From assembly GCF_009914755.1 (NCBI RefSeq), contig NC_060947.1: a DNA stretch of 64,000 nucleotides; one strand, given 5' to 3'. The notes beneath the pieces are model-generated. The model saw only the letters and a list, made by a program, of their open reading frames with translations. It was not told where the DNA came from and ran no database searches. This DNA comes from the human T2T-CHM13v2.0 reference genome, Homo sapiens. This document shows, piece by piece, positions 36,701 to 51,200 of this stretch. The position numbers and the translations under genes are program-made. Within the stretch, counting starts at the first letter, position 1; each line of letters opens with the position of its first letter.

Positions 36701-39700
36701 CCTCAACTATCAAAGGAAGGTTCAACTCTGTGAGTTGAATACAAACATCACAAAGAATGTTCTGAGTTTGCTTCCGTTCAGTTATGGGAAGTTGATCCCG
36801 TTTCCAACGAAATCCTCAGAGAGGTCCAAATATCCCCTTGCAGATTCTACAAAACGTGTGTTTGGAAACTGCTCCATCATAACGGATGTTCAGCTCTCTG
36901 AGTTAAACTCCATCGTCACAAAGAATTTTCTGAGAGTGCTACCGTCTGGTTTTTATATGAAGTTGTTTCCTTTACTACCACAGGCCTCAAAGCGGTCCAA
37001 ATCTCCACTTGCAGATTCTACAAAAAGAGTGTTTGCAAACTGCTCTATCAAAAGGAATGTTCAACTCTGGGAGTTGAATGCAATCATCACAGAGCAGTTT
37101 CTGAGAATGCTTCTATGTCGTTTTTAGGAGAAGATATTTCCTTTTCCAACACAGTCCTCCAAGCCCGCTAAATATCCACTTGCACATTGTAGAAAAAGTG
37201 TGTCGAAGCTGCGCTATCAAAGGGAAAATTCAACTCTGTGAGGTGAATGCAAACATCCAAAAGAAGTTTCTGAGAATGCTTCCGTTTAGCTTTTAGGTGA
37301 CGATTATCCAGTTTCCAACGAAACCTTCAAATAGATCCAAATATCCCCTTGCGGTTCCCACAGAAAGAGTGTTTCGAAACTGCTGTTTCAAAAGGAATCT
37401 TCAACTCTGTGAGTTGAATGCAATCATCACAAAGAAGTTTCTGACAATGCTTCTCTCTCGTCTTTCTGTGAAGATAAAGGAAAAGGCTTTCAGGCCTTTT
37501 CCACCACAGGCCTGAAAGCGCTCCAAATGTCCACTTGCAGATTCTGCCAAAAGAATATTTCAAAACTGCTCTATGAAAAGCAATGTTAAACTCTGCGGCT
37601 CGAACACAAACATCACAAAGCAGTTTCTGAGAATGCTTCAGTTTAGTTTTTCTGTGGAAATATTCCCGTTTCCAAAGAAATCTTCAAAGAGGTCCACGCA
37701 TCCACTTACAGATTCTACAAAAACACAGTTTCAAAACTGCTCAATCAAAACGAGGGTTCAACTGTGTGACTTGAATGCAATCATCACTCAGAAGTTTCTG
37801 AGAATGCTTCTCTTTAGTTTTTACGTGAACATATACCCGTTTCGAACGAAGGCCACCCAGTGGTCCAAATATCCACTTGCAGATTCTACAGAAAGAGTGT
37901 TTCGAACCTGAACTCTCAAAGGCAGGTTCATCTCTGCGAGTTCAATGCATTCATCATGAAGAACTTTCTCAGCGTGTTTGTGTTTAGTTATGGGAAATTA
38001 TTCCCGTTTCCAACGAAATCCTCAGAGAGCTCCAAATATCCACCTGCAGATTCTACCAAAAGTGTATTTGGAAACTGCTCCATCAAAAGGCATGTTCAGC
38101 TCTGTGAGTGAAACTCCATCATCAAAAAGAATATTCTGAGAATGCTTCCGTTTGCCTTTTATATGAAGTTCCTTCCTATACGACTGTAGGCCTCAAAGCA
38201 GTCCAAATCTCCATTTGCAGATTCTACAAAAAGAGTGATTCCAATCTGCTCTATCAATAGGATTGTTCAACTCCATGAGTTGAATGCCATCCTCACAAAG
38301 TAGTTTCTGAGAATGCTTCTATCTAGTTTTTATGTGAAGATATTTCCTTTTCCACCACAGGCCTCAAAGCCCTCCAAACGTCCACTTGCAGATTCTCGAA
38401 AAAGAGTGTTTCATAGCTGCTCTTTCAAAAGGAAAGTTCAACTCTGGGAGTTGAATACAAACATCACAAAGTAGTTTCCGAGAATGCTTCTGTTTAGTTG
38501 TTATGTGAAGATGATCCCGTTTCCAGTGAAATCTTCAAAGAGGTCCATATATCCCCTTGCAGATTCCAAAGAAAGAGGGTTTCAAAACTGCTCCATCAAA
38601 AGGATTGTTCAACTCTGTGAGTTGAATGCAGTCATCACAGAAAACTTTCTGAGAATGCTTCTGTCTAGGTTTGAGGTGAAGATATAGACGTTTCAAACGA
38701 AGGCTACAAAGTGGTCAAAATATACACTTGCAGATTCTACTACAAGGGTGATGCAAACCTCAACTATAAAAGGAAGGTTCAACTCTGTGAGTTGAATACA
38801 AACATCACAAAGAATGTTCTGAGTTTGCTTCCGTTCAGTTATGGGAAGTTGATCCCATTTCCAACGAAATCCTCAGAGAGGTCCAAATATCCCCTTGCAG
38901 ATTCTACAAAACGTGTGTTTGGAAACTGCTCCATCATAACGGATGTTCAGCTCTCTGAGTTAAACTCCATCGTCACAAAGAATTTTCTGAGAGTGCTACC
39001 CTCTGGTTTTTATATGAAGTTGTTTCCTTTACTACCACAGGCCTCAAAGCGGTCCAAATCTCCACTTGCAGATTCTACAAAAAGAGTGTTTGCAAACTGC
39101 TCTATCAAAAGGAATGTTCAACTCTGGGAGTTGAAAGCAATCATCACAGAGCAGTTTCTGAGAATGCTTCTATGTCGTTTTTAGGAGAAGATATTTCCTT
39201 TTCCAACACAGTCCTCCAAGCCCGCTAAATATCCACTTGCACATTGTAGAAAAAGTGTGTCGAAGCTGCGCTATCAAAGGGAAAATTCAACTCTGTGAGG
39301 TGAATGCAAACATCCCAAAGAAGTTTCTGAGAATGCTTCCGTTTAGCTTTTAGGTGAAGATTATCCAGTTTCCAACGAAACCTTCAAATAGATCCAAATA
39401 TCCCCTTGCGGTTCCCACAGAAAGAGTGTTTCGAAACTGCTGTTTCAAAAGGAATCTTCAACTCTGTGAGTTGAATGCAATCATCACAAAGAAGTTTCTG
39501 ACAATGCTTCTCTCTCGTCTTTCTGTGAAGATAAAGGAAAAAGCTTTCAGGCCTTTTCCACCACAGGCCTGAAAGCGCTCCAAATGTCCACTTGCAGATT
39601 CTGCCAAAAGAATATTTCAAAACTGCTCTATGAAAAGCAATGTTAAACTCTGCGGCTCGAACACAAACATCACAAAGCAGTTTCTGAGAATGCTTCAGTT

Positions 39701-42700
39701 TAGTTTTTCTGTGGAAATATTCCCGTTTCCAAAGAAATCTTCAAAGAGGTCCACGCATCCACTTACAGATTCTACAAAAACACAGTTTCAATACTGCTCA
39801 ATCAAAAGGAGGGTTCAACTGTGTGACTTGAATGCAATCATCACTCAGAAGTTTCTGAGAATGCTTCTCTTTAGTTTTTACGTGAACATATACCCGTTTC
39901 GAACGAAGGCCACCCAGTGGTCCAAATATCCACTTGCAGATTCTACAGAAAGAGTGTTTCGAATCTGAACTCTCAAAGGCAGGTTCATCTCTGCGAGTTA
40001 AATGCATTCATCATGGAGAACTTTCTCAGCGTGTTTGTGTTTAGTTATGGGAAATTATTCCTGTTTCCAACGAAATCCTCAGAGAGGTTCAAATATCCAC
40101 CTGCAGATTCTACCAAAAGTGTATTTGGAAACTGCTCCATCAAAAGGCATGTTCAGCTCTGTGTGTGAAACTCCATCATCACAAAGAATATTCTGAGAAT
40201 GCCTCCGTTTGCCTTTTATATGAAGTTCCTTCCTATACTACCGTAGGCCTCAAAGCAGTCCAAATCTCCATTTGCAGATTCTACAAAAAGAGTGATTCCA
40301 ATCTGCTCTATCAATAGGACTGTTCAACTCCATGAGTTGAATGCCATCCTCACAAAGTCGTTTCTGAGAATGCTTCTATCTAGTTTTTATGTGAAGATAT
40401 TTCCTTTTCCACCACAGGCCTCAAAGCCCTCCAAACGTCCACTTGCAGATTCTCGAAAAAGAGTGTTTCATAGCTGCTCTTTCAAAAGGAAAGTTCAACT
40501 CTGGGAGTTGAATACAAACATCACAAAGTCGTTTCCGAGAATGCTTCTGTTTAGTTCTTATGTGAAGATGATCCCGTTTCCAGTGAAATCTTCAAAGAGG
40601 TCCACATATCCCCTTGCAGATTCCAAAGAAAGAGGGTTTCAAAACTGCTCCATCAAAAGGATTGTTCAACTCTGTGAGTTGAATGCAGTCATCGCAGAAA
40701 ACTTTCTGAGAATGCTTCTGTCTAGGTTTGATGTGAAGATATAGACGTTTCAAACGAAGGCTACAAAGTGGTCAAAATATACACTTGCAGATTCTACTAC
40801 AAGGGTGTTGCAAACCTGAACTATCAAAGGAAGGTTCAACTCTGTGAGTTGAATACAAACATCGCAAAGAATGCTCTGAGTTTGCTTCCGTTCAGTTATG
40901 GGAAGTTGATCCCGTTTCCAACGAAATCCTCAGAGAGGTCCAAATATCCCCTTGCAGATTCTACAAAACGTGTGTTTGGAAACTGCTCCATCATAACGAA
41001 TGTTCAGCTCTCTGAGTTAAACTCCATCCTCACAAAGAATTTTCTGAGAGTGCTACCGTCTGGTTTTTATATGAAGTTCTTTCCTTTACTACCACAGGCC
41101 TCAAAGCGGTCCAAATCTCCACTTGCAGATTCTACAAAAAGAGTGTTTGCAAACTGCTCTATCAAAAGGAATGTTCAACTCTGGGAGTTGAATGCAATCA
41201 TCACAGAGCAGTTTCTGAGAAAGCTTCTATGTCGTTTTTAGGAGAAGATATTTCCTTTTCCAACACAGTCCTCCAAGCCCGCTAAATATCCACTTGCACA
41301 TTGTAGAAAAAGGGTGTCGAAGCTGCGCTATCAAAGGGAAAGTTCAACTCTGTGAGGTGAATGCAAACATCCCAAAGAAGTTTCTGAGAATGCTTCCGTT
41401 TAGCTTTTAGGTGAAGATTATCCCGTTTCCAACGAAATCTTCAAAGAGGTCCAAATATCCCCTTGCGGATCCCACAGAAAGAGTGTTTCGAAACTGCTGT
41501 TTCAAAAGGAATCTTCAACTCTGTGAGTTGAATGCAATCATCACAAAGAAGTTTCTGACAATGCTTCTCTCTCGTCTTTCTGTGAAGATAAAGGAAAAGG
41601 CTTTCAGGCCTTTTCCACCACAGGCCTGAAAGCGCTCCAAATGTCCACTTGCAGATTCTGCCAAAAGAATATTTCAAAACTGCTCTATGAAAAGCAATGT
41701 TAAACTCTGTGGCTCGAACACAAACATCACAAAGCAGTTTCTGAGAATGCTTCAGTTTAGTTTTTCTGTGGAAATATTCCCGTTTCGAAAGAAATCTTCA
41801 AAGAGGTCCACGTATCCACTTACAGATTCTACAAAAAGACAGTTTCAAAACTGCTCAATCAAAAGGAGGGTTCAACCGTGTGACTTGAATGCAATCATCA
41901 CTCAGAAGTTTCTGAGAATGCTTCTCTTTAGTTTTTAGGTGAACATATACCTGTTTCGAACGAAGGCCACCCAGTGGTCCAAATATCCACTTGCAGATTC
42001 TACAGAAAGAGTGTTTCGAACCTGAACTCTCAAAGGCAGGTTCATCTCTGCGAGTTAAATGCATTCATCATGAAGAACTTTCTCAGAGTGTTTGTGTTTA
42101 GTTATGGGAAATTATTGCCGTTTCCAACGAAATCCTCAGAGAGGTCCAAATATCCACCTGCAGATTCTACCAAAAGTGTATTTGGAAACTGCTCCATCAA
42201 AAGGCATGTTCAGCTCTGTGAGTGAAACTCCATCATCACAAAGAATATTCTGAGAATGCTTCCGTTTGCCTTTTATATGAAATTCCTTCCTATACTACCG
42301 TAGGCCTCAAAGCAGTCCAAATCTCCATTTGCAGATTCTACAAAAAGAGTGATTCCAATCTGCTCTATCAATAGGATTGTTCAACTCCATGAGTTGAATG
42401 CCATCCTCACAAAGTCGTTTCTGAGAATGCTTCTATCTAGTTTTTATGTGAAGATATTTCCTTTTCCACCACAGGCCTCAAAGCCCTCCAAACGTCCTAT
42501 TGCAGATTCTTGAAAAAGAGTGTTTCATAGCTGCTCTTTCACAAGGAAAGTTCAACTCTGGGAGTTGAATACAAACTTCACAAAGTAGTTTCCGAGAATG
42601 CTTCTGTTTAGTTCTTATGTGAAGATGATCCCGTTTCCAGTGAAATCTTCAAAGAGGTCCACATATCCCCTTGCAGATTCCAAAGAAAGAGGGTTTCAAA

Positions 42701-45249
42701 ACTGCTCCATCAAAAGGATTGTTCAACTCTGTGAGTTGAATGCAGTCATCGCAGAAAACTTTCTGAGAATGCTTCTGTCTAGGTTTGAGGTGAAGATATA
42801 GACGTTTCAAACGAAGGCTACAAAGTGTTCAAAATATACACTTGCAGATTCTACTACAAGGGTGTTGCAAACCTGAACTATCAAAGGAAGGTTCAACTCT
42901 GTGAGTTGAATACAAACATCACAAAGAATGTTCTGAGTTTGCTTCCGTTCAGTTATGGGAAGTTGATCCCGTTTCCAACGAAATCCTCAGAGAGGTCCAA
43001 ATATCCCCTTGCAGATTCTACAAAACGTGTGTTTGGAAACTGCTCCATCATAACGAATGTTCAGCTCTCTGAGTTAAACTCCATCGTCACAAAGAATTTT
43101 CTGAGAGTGCTACCGTCTGGTTTTTATATGAAGTTCTTTCCTTTACTACCGCAGGCCTCAAAGCGGTCCAAATCTCCACTTGCAGATTCTACAAAAAGAG
43201 TGTTTGCAAACTGCTCTATCAAAAGGAATGTTCAACTCTGGGAGTTGAATGCAATCATCACAGAGCAGTTTCTGAGAATGCTTCTATGTCGTTTTTAGGA
43301 GAAGATATTTCCTTTTCCAACACAGTCCTCCAAGCCCGCTAAATATCCACTTGCACATTGTAGAAAAAGGGTGTCGAAGCTGCGCTATCAAAGGGAAAGT
43401 TCAACTCTGTGAGGTGAATGCAAACATCCCAAAGAAGTTTCTGAGAATGCTTCCGTTTAGCTTTTAGGTGAAGATTATCCCGTTTCCAACGAAATCTTCA
43501 AAGAGGTCCAAATATCCCCTTGCGGATCCCACAGAAAGAGTGTTTCGAAACTGCTGTTTCAAAAGGAATCTTCAACTCTGTGAGTTGAATGCAATCATCA
43601 CAAAGAAGTTTCTGACAATGCTTCTCTCTCGTCTTTCTGTGAAGATAAAGGAAAAGGCTTTCAGGCCTTTTCCACCACAGGCCTGAAAGCGCTCCAAATG
43701 TCCACTTGCAGATTCTGCCAAAAGAATATTTCAAACTGCTCTATGAAAAGCAATGTTAAACTCTGTGGCTCGAACACAAACATCACAAAGCCGTTTCTGA
43801 GAATGCTTCAGTTTACTTTTTCTGTGGAAATATTCCCGTTTCCAAAGAAATCTTCAAAGAGGTCCACGTATCCACTTACAGATTCTCCAAAAAGACAGTT
43901 TCAAAACTGCTCAATCAAAAGGAGGGTTCAACCGTGTGACTTGAATGCAATCATCACTCAGAAGTTTCTGAGAATGCTTCTCTTTAGTTTTTACGTGAAC
44001 ATATAACCGTTTCGAACGAAGGCCACACAGTGGTCCAAATATCCACTTGCAGATTCTACAGAAAGAGTGTTTCGAACCTGAACTCTCAAAGGCAGGTTCA
44101 TCTCTGCGAGTTCAATGCATTCATCATGAAGAACTTTCTCAGAGTGTTTGTGTTTAGCTATGGGAAATTATTCCCGTTTCCAACGAAATCCTCAGAGAGC
44201 TCCAAATATCCACCTGCAGATTCTACCAAAAGTGTATTTGGAAACTGCTCCATCAAAAGGCATGTTCAGCTCTGTGAGTGAAACTCCATCATCACAAAGA
44301 ATATTCTGAGAATGCTTCCGTTTGCCTTTTATATGAAGTTCCTTCCTATACTACCGTAGGCCTCAAAGCAGTCCAAATCTCCATTTGCAGATTCTACAAA
44401 AAGAGTGATTCCAATCTGCTCTATCAATAGGATTGTTCAACTCCATGAGTTGAATGCCATCTTCACAAAGTCGTTTCTGAGAATGCTTCTATCTAGTTTT
44501 TATGTGAAGATATTTCCTTTTCCACCACAGGCCTCAAAGCCCTCCAAACGTCCACTTGCAGATTCTCGAAAAAGAGTGTTTCATAGCTGCTCTTTCAAAA
44601 GGAAAGTTCAACTCTGGGAGTTGAATACAAACTTCACAAAGTAGTTTCCGAGAATGCTTCTGTTTATTTCTTATGTGAAGATGATCCCGTTTCCAGTGAA
44701 ATCTTCAAAGAGGTCCACATATCCCCTTGCAGATTCCAAAGAAAGAGGGTTTCAAAACTGCTCCATCAAAAGGATTGTTCAGCTCTGTGAGTTGAATGCA
44801 GTCATCGCAGAAAACTTTCTGAGAATGCTTCTGTCTAGGTTTGAGGTGAAGATATAGACGTTTCAAACGAAGGCTACAAAGTGGTCAAAATATACACTTG
44901 CAGATTCTACTACAAGGGTGTTGCAAACCTCAACTATCAAAGGAAGGTTCAACTCTGTGAGTTGAATACAAACATCACAAAGAATGTTCTGAGTTTGCTT
45001 CCGTTCAGTTATGGGAAGTTGATCCCATTTCCAACGAAATCCTCAGAGAGGTCCAAATATCCCCTTGCAGATTCTACAAAACGTGTGTTTGGAAACTGCT
45101 CCATCATAAAGAATGTTCAGCTCTCTGAGTTAAACTCCATCGTCACAAAGAATTTTCTGAGAGTGCTACCGTCTGGTTTTTATATGAAGTTCTTTCCTTT
45201 ACTACCACAGGCCTCAAAGCGGTCCAAATCTCCACTTGCAGATTCTACA

Positions 45250-48200
45250 AAAACAGTGTTTGCAAACTGCTCTATCATTAGGAATGTTCAACTCTGGGAG
45301 TTGAATGCAATCATCACAGAGCAGTTTCTGAGAATGCTTCTATGTCGTTTTTAGGAGAAGATATTTCCTTTTCCAACACAGTCCTCCAAGCCCGCTAAAT
45401 ATCCACTTGCACATTGTAGAAAAAGTGTGTCGAAGCTGCGCTATCAAAGGGAAAGTTCAACTCTGTGAGGTGAATGCAAACATCCCAAAGAAGTTTCTGA
45501 GAATGCTTCCGTTTAGCTTTTAGGTGAAGATTATCCCGTTTCCAAAGAAACCTTCAAAGAGGTCCAAATATCCCCTTGCGGATCCCACAGAAAGAGTGTT
45601 TCGAAACTGCTGTTTCAAAAGGACTCTTCAACTCTGTGAGTTGAATGCAATCATCACAAAGAAGTTTCTGACAATGCTTCTCTCTCGTCTTTCTGTGAAG
45701 ATAAAGGAAAAGGCTTTCAGGCCTTTTCCACCACAGGCCTGAAAGCACTCCAAATGTCCACTTGCAGATTCTGCCAAAACAATATTTCAAAACTGCTCTA
45801 TGAAAAGCAATGTTAAACTCTGCGGCTCGAACACAAACATCACAAAGCGGTTTCTGAGAATGCTTCAGTTTAGTTTTTCTGTGGAAATATTCCCGTTTCC
45901 AAAGAAATCTTCAAAGAGGTCCACGTATCCATTTACAGATTCTACAAAAAGACAGTTTCAAAACTGCTCAATCAAAAGGAGGGTTCAACCGTGTGACTTG
46001 AATGCAATCATCAGTCAGAAGTTTCTGAGAATGCTTCTCTTTAGTTTTTACGTGAACATATACCCGTTTCGAACGAAGGCCACCCAGTGGTCCAAATATC
46101 CACTTGCAGATTCTACAGAAAGAGTGTTTCGAACCTGAACTCTCAAAGGCAGGTTCATCTCTGCGAGTTCAATGCATTCAACATGAAGAACTTTCTCAGC
46201 GTGTTTGTGTTTAGTTATGGGAAATTATTGCCGTTTCCAACGAAATCCTCAGAGAGGTCCAAATATCCACCTGCAGATTCTACCAAAAGTGTATTTGGAA
46301 ACTGCTCCATCAAAAGGCATGTTCAGCTCTGTGAGTGAAACTCCATCATCACAAAGAATATTCTGAGAATGCTTCCGTTTGCCTTTTATATGAAGTTCCT
46401 TCCTATACTACCGTAGGCCTCAAAGCAGTCCAAATCTCCATTTGCAGATTCTACAAAAAGAGTGATTCCAATCTGCTCTATCAATAGGATTGTTCAACTC
46501 CATGAGTTGAATGCCATCCTCACAAAGTCGTTTCTGAGTATGCTTCTATCTAGTTTTTATGTGAAGATATTTCCTTTTCCACCACAGGCCTCAAAGCCCT
46601 CCAAACGTCCACTTGCAGATTCTCGAAAAAGAGTGTTTCATAGCTGCTCTTTCAAAAGGAAAGTTCAACTCTGGGAGTTGAATACAAACATCACAAAGTA
46701 GTTTCCGAGAATGCTTCTGTTTAGTTCTTATGTGAAGATGATCCCGTTTCCAGTGAAATCTTCAAAGAGGTCCACATATCCCCTTGCAGATTCCAAAGAA
46801 AGAGGGTTTCAAAACTGCTCCATCAAAAGGATTGTTCAACTCTGTGAGTTGAATGCAGTCATCGCAGAAAACTTTCTGAGAATGCTTCTGTCTAGGTTTG
46901 AGGTGAAGATATAGACGTTTCAAACGAAGGCTACAAAGTGGTCAAAATATACACTTGCAGATTCTACTACAAGGGTGTTGCAAACCTCAACTATCAAAGG
47001 AAGGTTCAACTCTGTGAGTTGAATACAAACATCACAAAGAATGTTCTCAGTTTGCTTCTGTTCAGTTATGGGAAGTTGATCCCGTTTCCAACGAAATCCT
47101 CAGAGAGGTCCAAATATCCCCTTGCAGATTCTACAAAACGTGTGTTTGGAAACTGCTCCATCATAACGAATGTTCAGCTCTCTGAGTTAAACTCCATCGT
47201 CACAAAGAATTTTCTGAGAGTGCTACCGTCTGGTTTTTATATGAAGTTCTTTCCTTTACTACCACAGGCCTCAAAGCGGTCCAAATCTCCACTTGCAGAT
47301 TCTACAAAAACAGTGTTTGCAAACTGCTCTATCAAAAGGAATGTTCAACTCTGGGAGTTGAATGCAATCATCACAGAGCAGTTTCTGAGAATGCTTCTAT
47401 GTCGTTTTTAGGAGAAGATATTTCCTTTTCCAACACAGTCCTCCAAGCCCGCTAAATATCCACTTGCACATTGTAGAAAAAGTGTGTCGAAGCTGCGCTA
47501 TCAAAGGGAAAGTTCAACTCTGTGAGGTGAATGCAAACATCCCAAAGAAGTTTCTGAGAATGCTTCCGTTTAGCTTTTAGGTGAAGATTATCCCGTTTCC
47601 AAAGAAACCTTCAAAGAGGTCCAAATATCCCCTTGCGGATCCCACAGAAAGAGTGTTTCGAAACTGCTGTTTCAAAAGGACTCTTCAACTCTGTGAGTTG
47701 AATGCAATCATCACAAAGAAGTTTCTGACAATGCTTCTCTCTCGTCTTTCTGTGAAGATAAAGGAAAAGGCTTTCAGGCCTTTTCCACCACAGGCCTGAA
47801 AGCACTCCAAATGTCCACTTGCAGATTCTGCCAAAACAATATTTCAAAACTGCTCTATGAAAAGCAATGTTAAACTCTGCGGCTCGAACACAAACATCAC
47901 AAAGCGGTTTCTGAGAATGCTTCAGTTTAGTTTTTCTGTGGAAATATTCCCGTTTCCAAAGAAATCTTCAAAGAGGTCCACGTATCCATTTACAGATTCT
48001 ACAAAAAGACAGTTTCAAAACTGCTCAATCAAAAGGAGGGTTCAACCGTGTGACTTGAATGCAATCATCAGTCAGAAGTTTCTGAGAATGCTTCTCTTTA
48101 GTTTTTACGTGAACATATACCCGTTTCGAACGAAGGCCACCCAGTGGTCCAAATATCCACTTGCAGATTCTACAGAAAGAGTGTTTCGAACCTGAACTCT

Positions 48201-51200
48201 CAAAGGCAGGTTCATCTCTGCGAGTTCAATGCATTCAACATGAAGAACTTTCTCAGCGTGTTTGTGTTTAGTTATGGGAAATTATTGCCGTTTCCAACGA
48301 AATCCTCAGAGAGGTCCAAATATCCACCTGCAGATTCTACCAAAAGTGTATTTGGAAACTGCTCCATCAAAAGGCATGTTCAGCTCTGTGAGTGAAACTC
48401 CATCATCACAAAGAATATTCTGAGAATGCTTCCGTTTGCCTTTTATATGAAGTTCCTTCCTATACTACCGTAGGCCTCAAAGCAGTCCAAATCTCCATTT
48501 GCAGATTCTACAAAAAGAGTGATTCCAATCTGCTCTATCAATAGGATTGTTCAACTCCATGAGTTGAATGCCATCCTCACAAAGTCGTTTCTGAGTATGC
48601 TTCTATCTAGTTTTTATGTGAAGATATTTCCTTTTCCACCACAGGCCTCAAAGCCCTCCAAACGTCCACTTGCAGATTCTCGAAAAAGAGTGTTTCATAG
48701 CTGCTCTTTCAAAAGGAAAGTTCAACTCTGGGAGTTGAATACAAACATCACAAAGTAGTTTCCGAGAATGCTTCTGTTTAGTTCTTATGTGAAGATGATC
48801 CCGTTTCCAGTGAAATCTTCAAAGAGGTCCACATATCCCCTTGCAGATTCCAAAGAAAGAGGGTTTCAAAACTGCTCCATCAAAAGGATTGTTCAACTCT
48901 GTGAGTTGAATGCAGTCATCGCAGAAAACTTTCTGAGAATGCTTCTGTCTAGGTTTGAGGTGAAGATATAGACGTTTCAAACGAAGGCTACAAAGTGGTC
49001 AAAATATACACTTGCAGATTCTACTACAAGGGTGTTGCAAACCTCAACTATCAAAGGAAGGTTCAACTCTGTGAGTTGAATACAAACATCACAAAGAATG
49101 TTCTCAGTTTGCTTCTGTTCAGTTATGGGAAGTTGATCCCGTTTCCAACGAAATCCTCAGAGAGGTCCAAATATCCCCTTGCAGATTCTACAAAACGTGT
49201 GTTTGGAAACTGCTCCATCATAACGAATGTTCAGCTCTCTGAGTTAAACTCCATCGTCACAAAGAATTTTCTGAGAGTGCTACCGTCTGGTTTTTATATG
49301 AAGTTCTTTCCTTTACTACCACAGGCCTCAAAGCGGTCCAAATCTCCACTTGCAGATTCTACAAAAACAGTGTTTGCAAACTGCTCTATCAAAAGGAATG
49401 TTCAACTCTGGGAGTTGAATGCAATCATCACAGAGCAGTTTCTGAGAATGCTTCTATGTCGTTTTTAGGAGAAGATATTTCCTTTTCCAACACAGTCCTC
49501 CAAGCCCGCTAAATATCCACTTGCACATTGTAGAAAAAGTGTGTCGAAGCTGCGCTATCAAAGGGAAAGTTCAACTCTGTGAGGTGAATGCAAACATCCC
49601 AAAGAAGTTTCTGAGAATGCTTCCGTTTAGCTTTTAGGTGAAGATTATCCCGTTTCCAAAGAAACCTTCAAAGAGGTCCAAATATCCCCTTGCGGATCCC
49701 ACAGAAAGAGTGTTTCGAAACTGCTGTTTCAAAAGGACTCTTCAACTCTGTGAGTTGAATGCAATCATCACAAAGAAGTTTCTGACAATGCTTCTCTCTC
49801 GTCTTTCTGTGAAGATAAAGGAAAAGGCTTTCAGGCCTTTTCCACCACAGGCCTGAAAGCACTCCAAATGTCCACTTGCAGATTCTGCCAAAACAATATT
49901 TCAAAACTGCTCTATGAAAAGCAATGTTAAACTCTGCGGCTCGAACACAAACATCACAAAGCGGTTTCTGAGAATGCTTCAGTTTAGTTTTTCTGTGGAA
50001 ATATTCCCGTTTCCAAAGAAATCTTCAAAGAGGTCCACGTATCCATTTACAGATTCTACAAAAAGACAGTTTCAAAACTGCTCAATCAAAAGGAGGGTTC
50101 AACCGTGTGACTTGAATGCAATCATCAGTCAGAAGTTTCTGAGAATGCTTCTCTTTAGTTTTTACGTGAACATATACCCGTTTCGAACGAAGGCCACCCA
50201 GTGGTCCAAATATCCACTTGCAGATTCTACAGAAAGAGTGTTTCGAACCTGAACTCTCAAAGGCAGGTTCATCTCTGCGAGTTCAATGCATTCAACATGA
50301 AGAACTTTCTCAGCGTGTTTGTGTTTAGTTATGGGAAATTATTGCCGTTTCCAACGAAATCCTCAGAGAGGTCCAAATATCCACCTGCAGATTCTACCAA
50401 AAGTGTATTTGGAAACTGCTCCATCAAAAGGCATGTTCAGCTCTGTGAGTGAAACTCCATCATCACAAAGAATATTCTGAGAATGCTTCCGTTTGCCTTT
50501 TATATGAAGTTCCTTCCTATACTACCGTAGGCCTCAAAGCAGTCCAAATCTCCATTTGCAGATTCTACAAAAAGAGTGATTCCAATCTGCTCTATCAATA
50601 GGATTGTTCAACTCCATGAGTTGAATGCCATCCTCACAAAGTCGTTTCTGAGTATGCTTCTATCTAGTTTTTATGTGAAGATATTTCCTTTTCCACCACA
50701 GGCCTCAAAGCCCTCCAAACGTCCACTTGCAGATTCTCGAAAAAGAGTGTTTCATAGCTGCTCTTTCAAAAGGAAAGTTCAACTCTGGGAGTTGAATACA
50801 AACATCACAAAGTAGTTTCCGAGAATGCTTCTGTTTAGTTCTTATGTGAAGATGATCCCGTTTCCAGTGAAATCTTCAAAGAGGTCCACATATCCCCTTG
50901 CAGATTCCAAAGAAAGAGGGTTTCAAAACTGCTCCATCAAAAGGATTGTTCAACTCTGTGAGTTGAATGCAGTCATCGCAGAAAACTTTCTGAGAATGCT
51001 TCTGTCTAGGTTTGAGGTGAAGATATAGACGTTTCAAACGAAGGCTACAAAGTGGTCAAAATATACACTTGCAGATTCTACTACAAGGGTGTTGCAAACC
51101 TCAACTATCAAAGGAAGGTTCAACTCTGTGAGTTGAATACAAACATCACAAAGAATGTTCTCAGTTTGCTTCTGTTCAGTTATGGGAAGTTGATCCCGTT

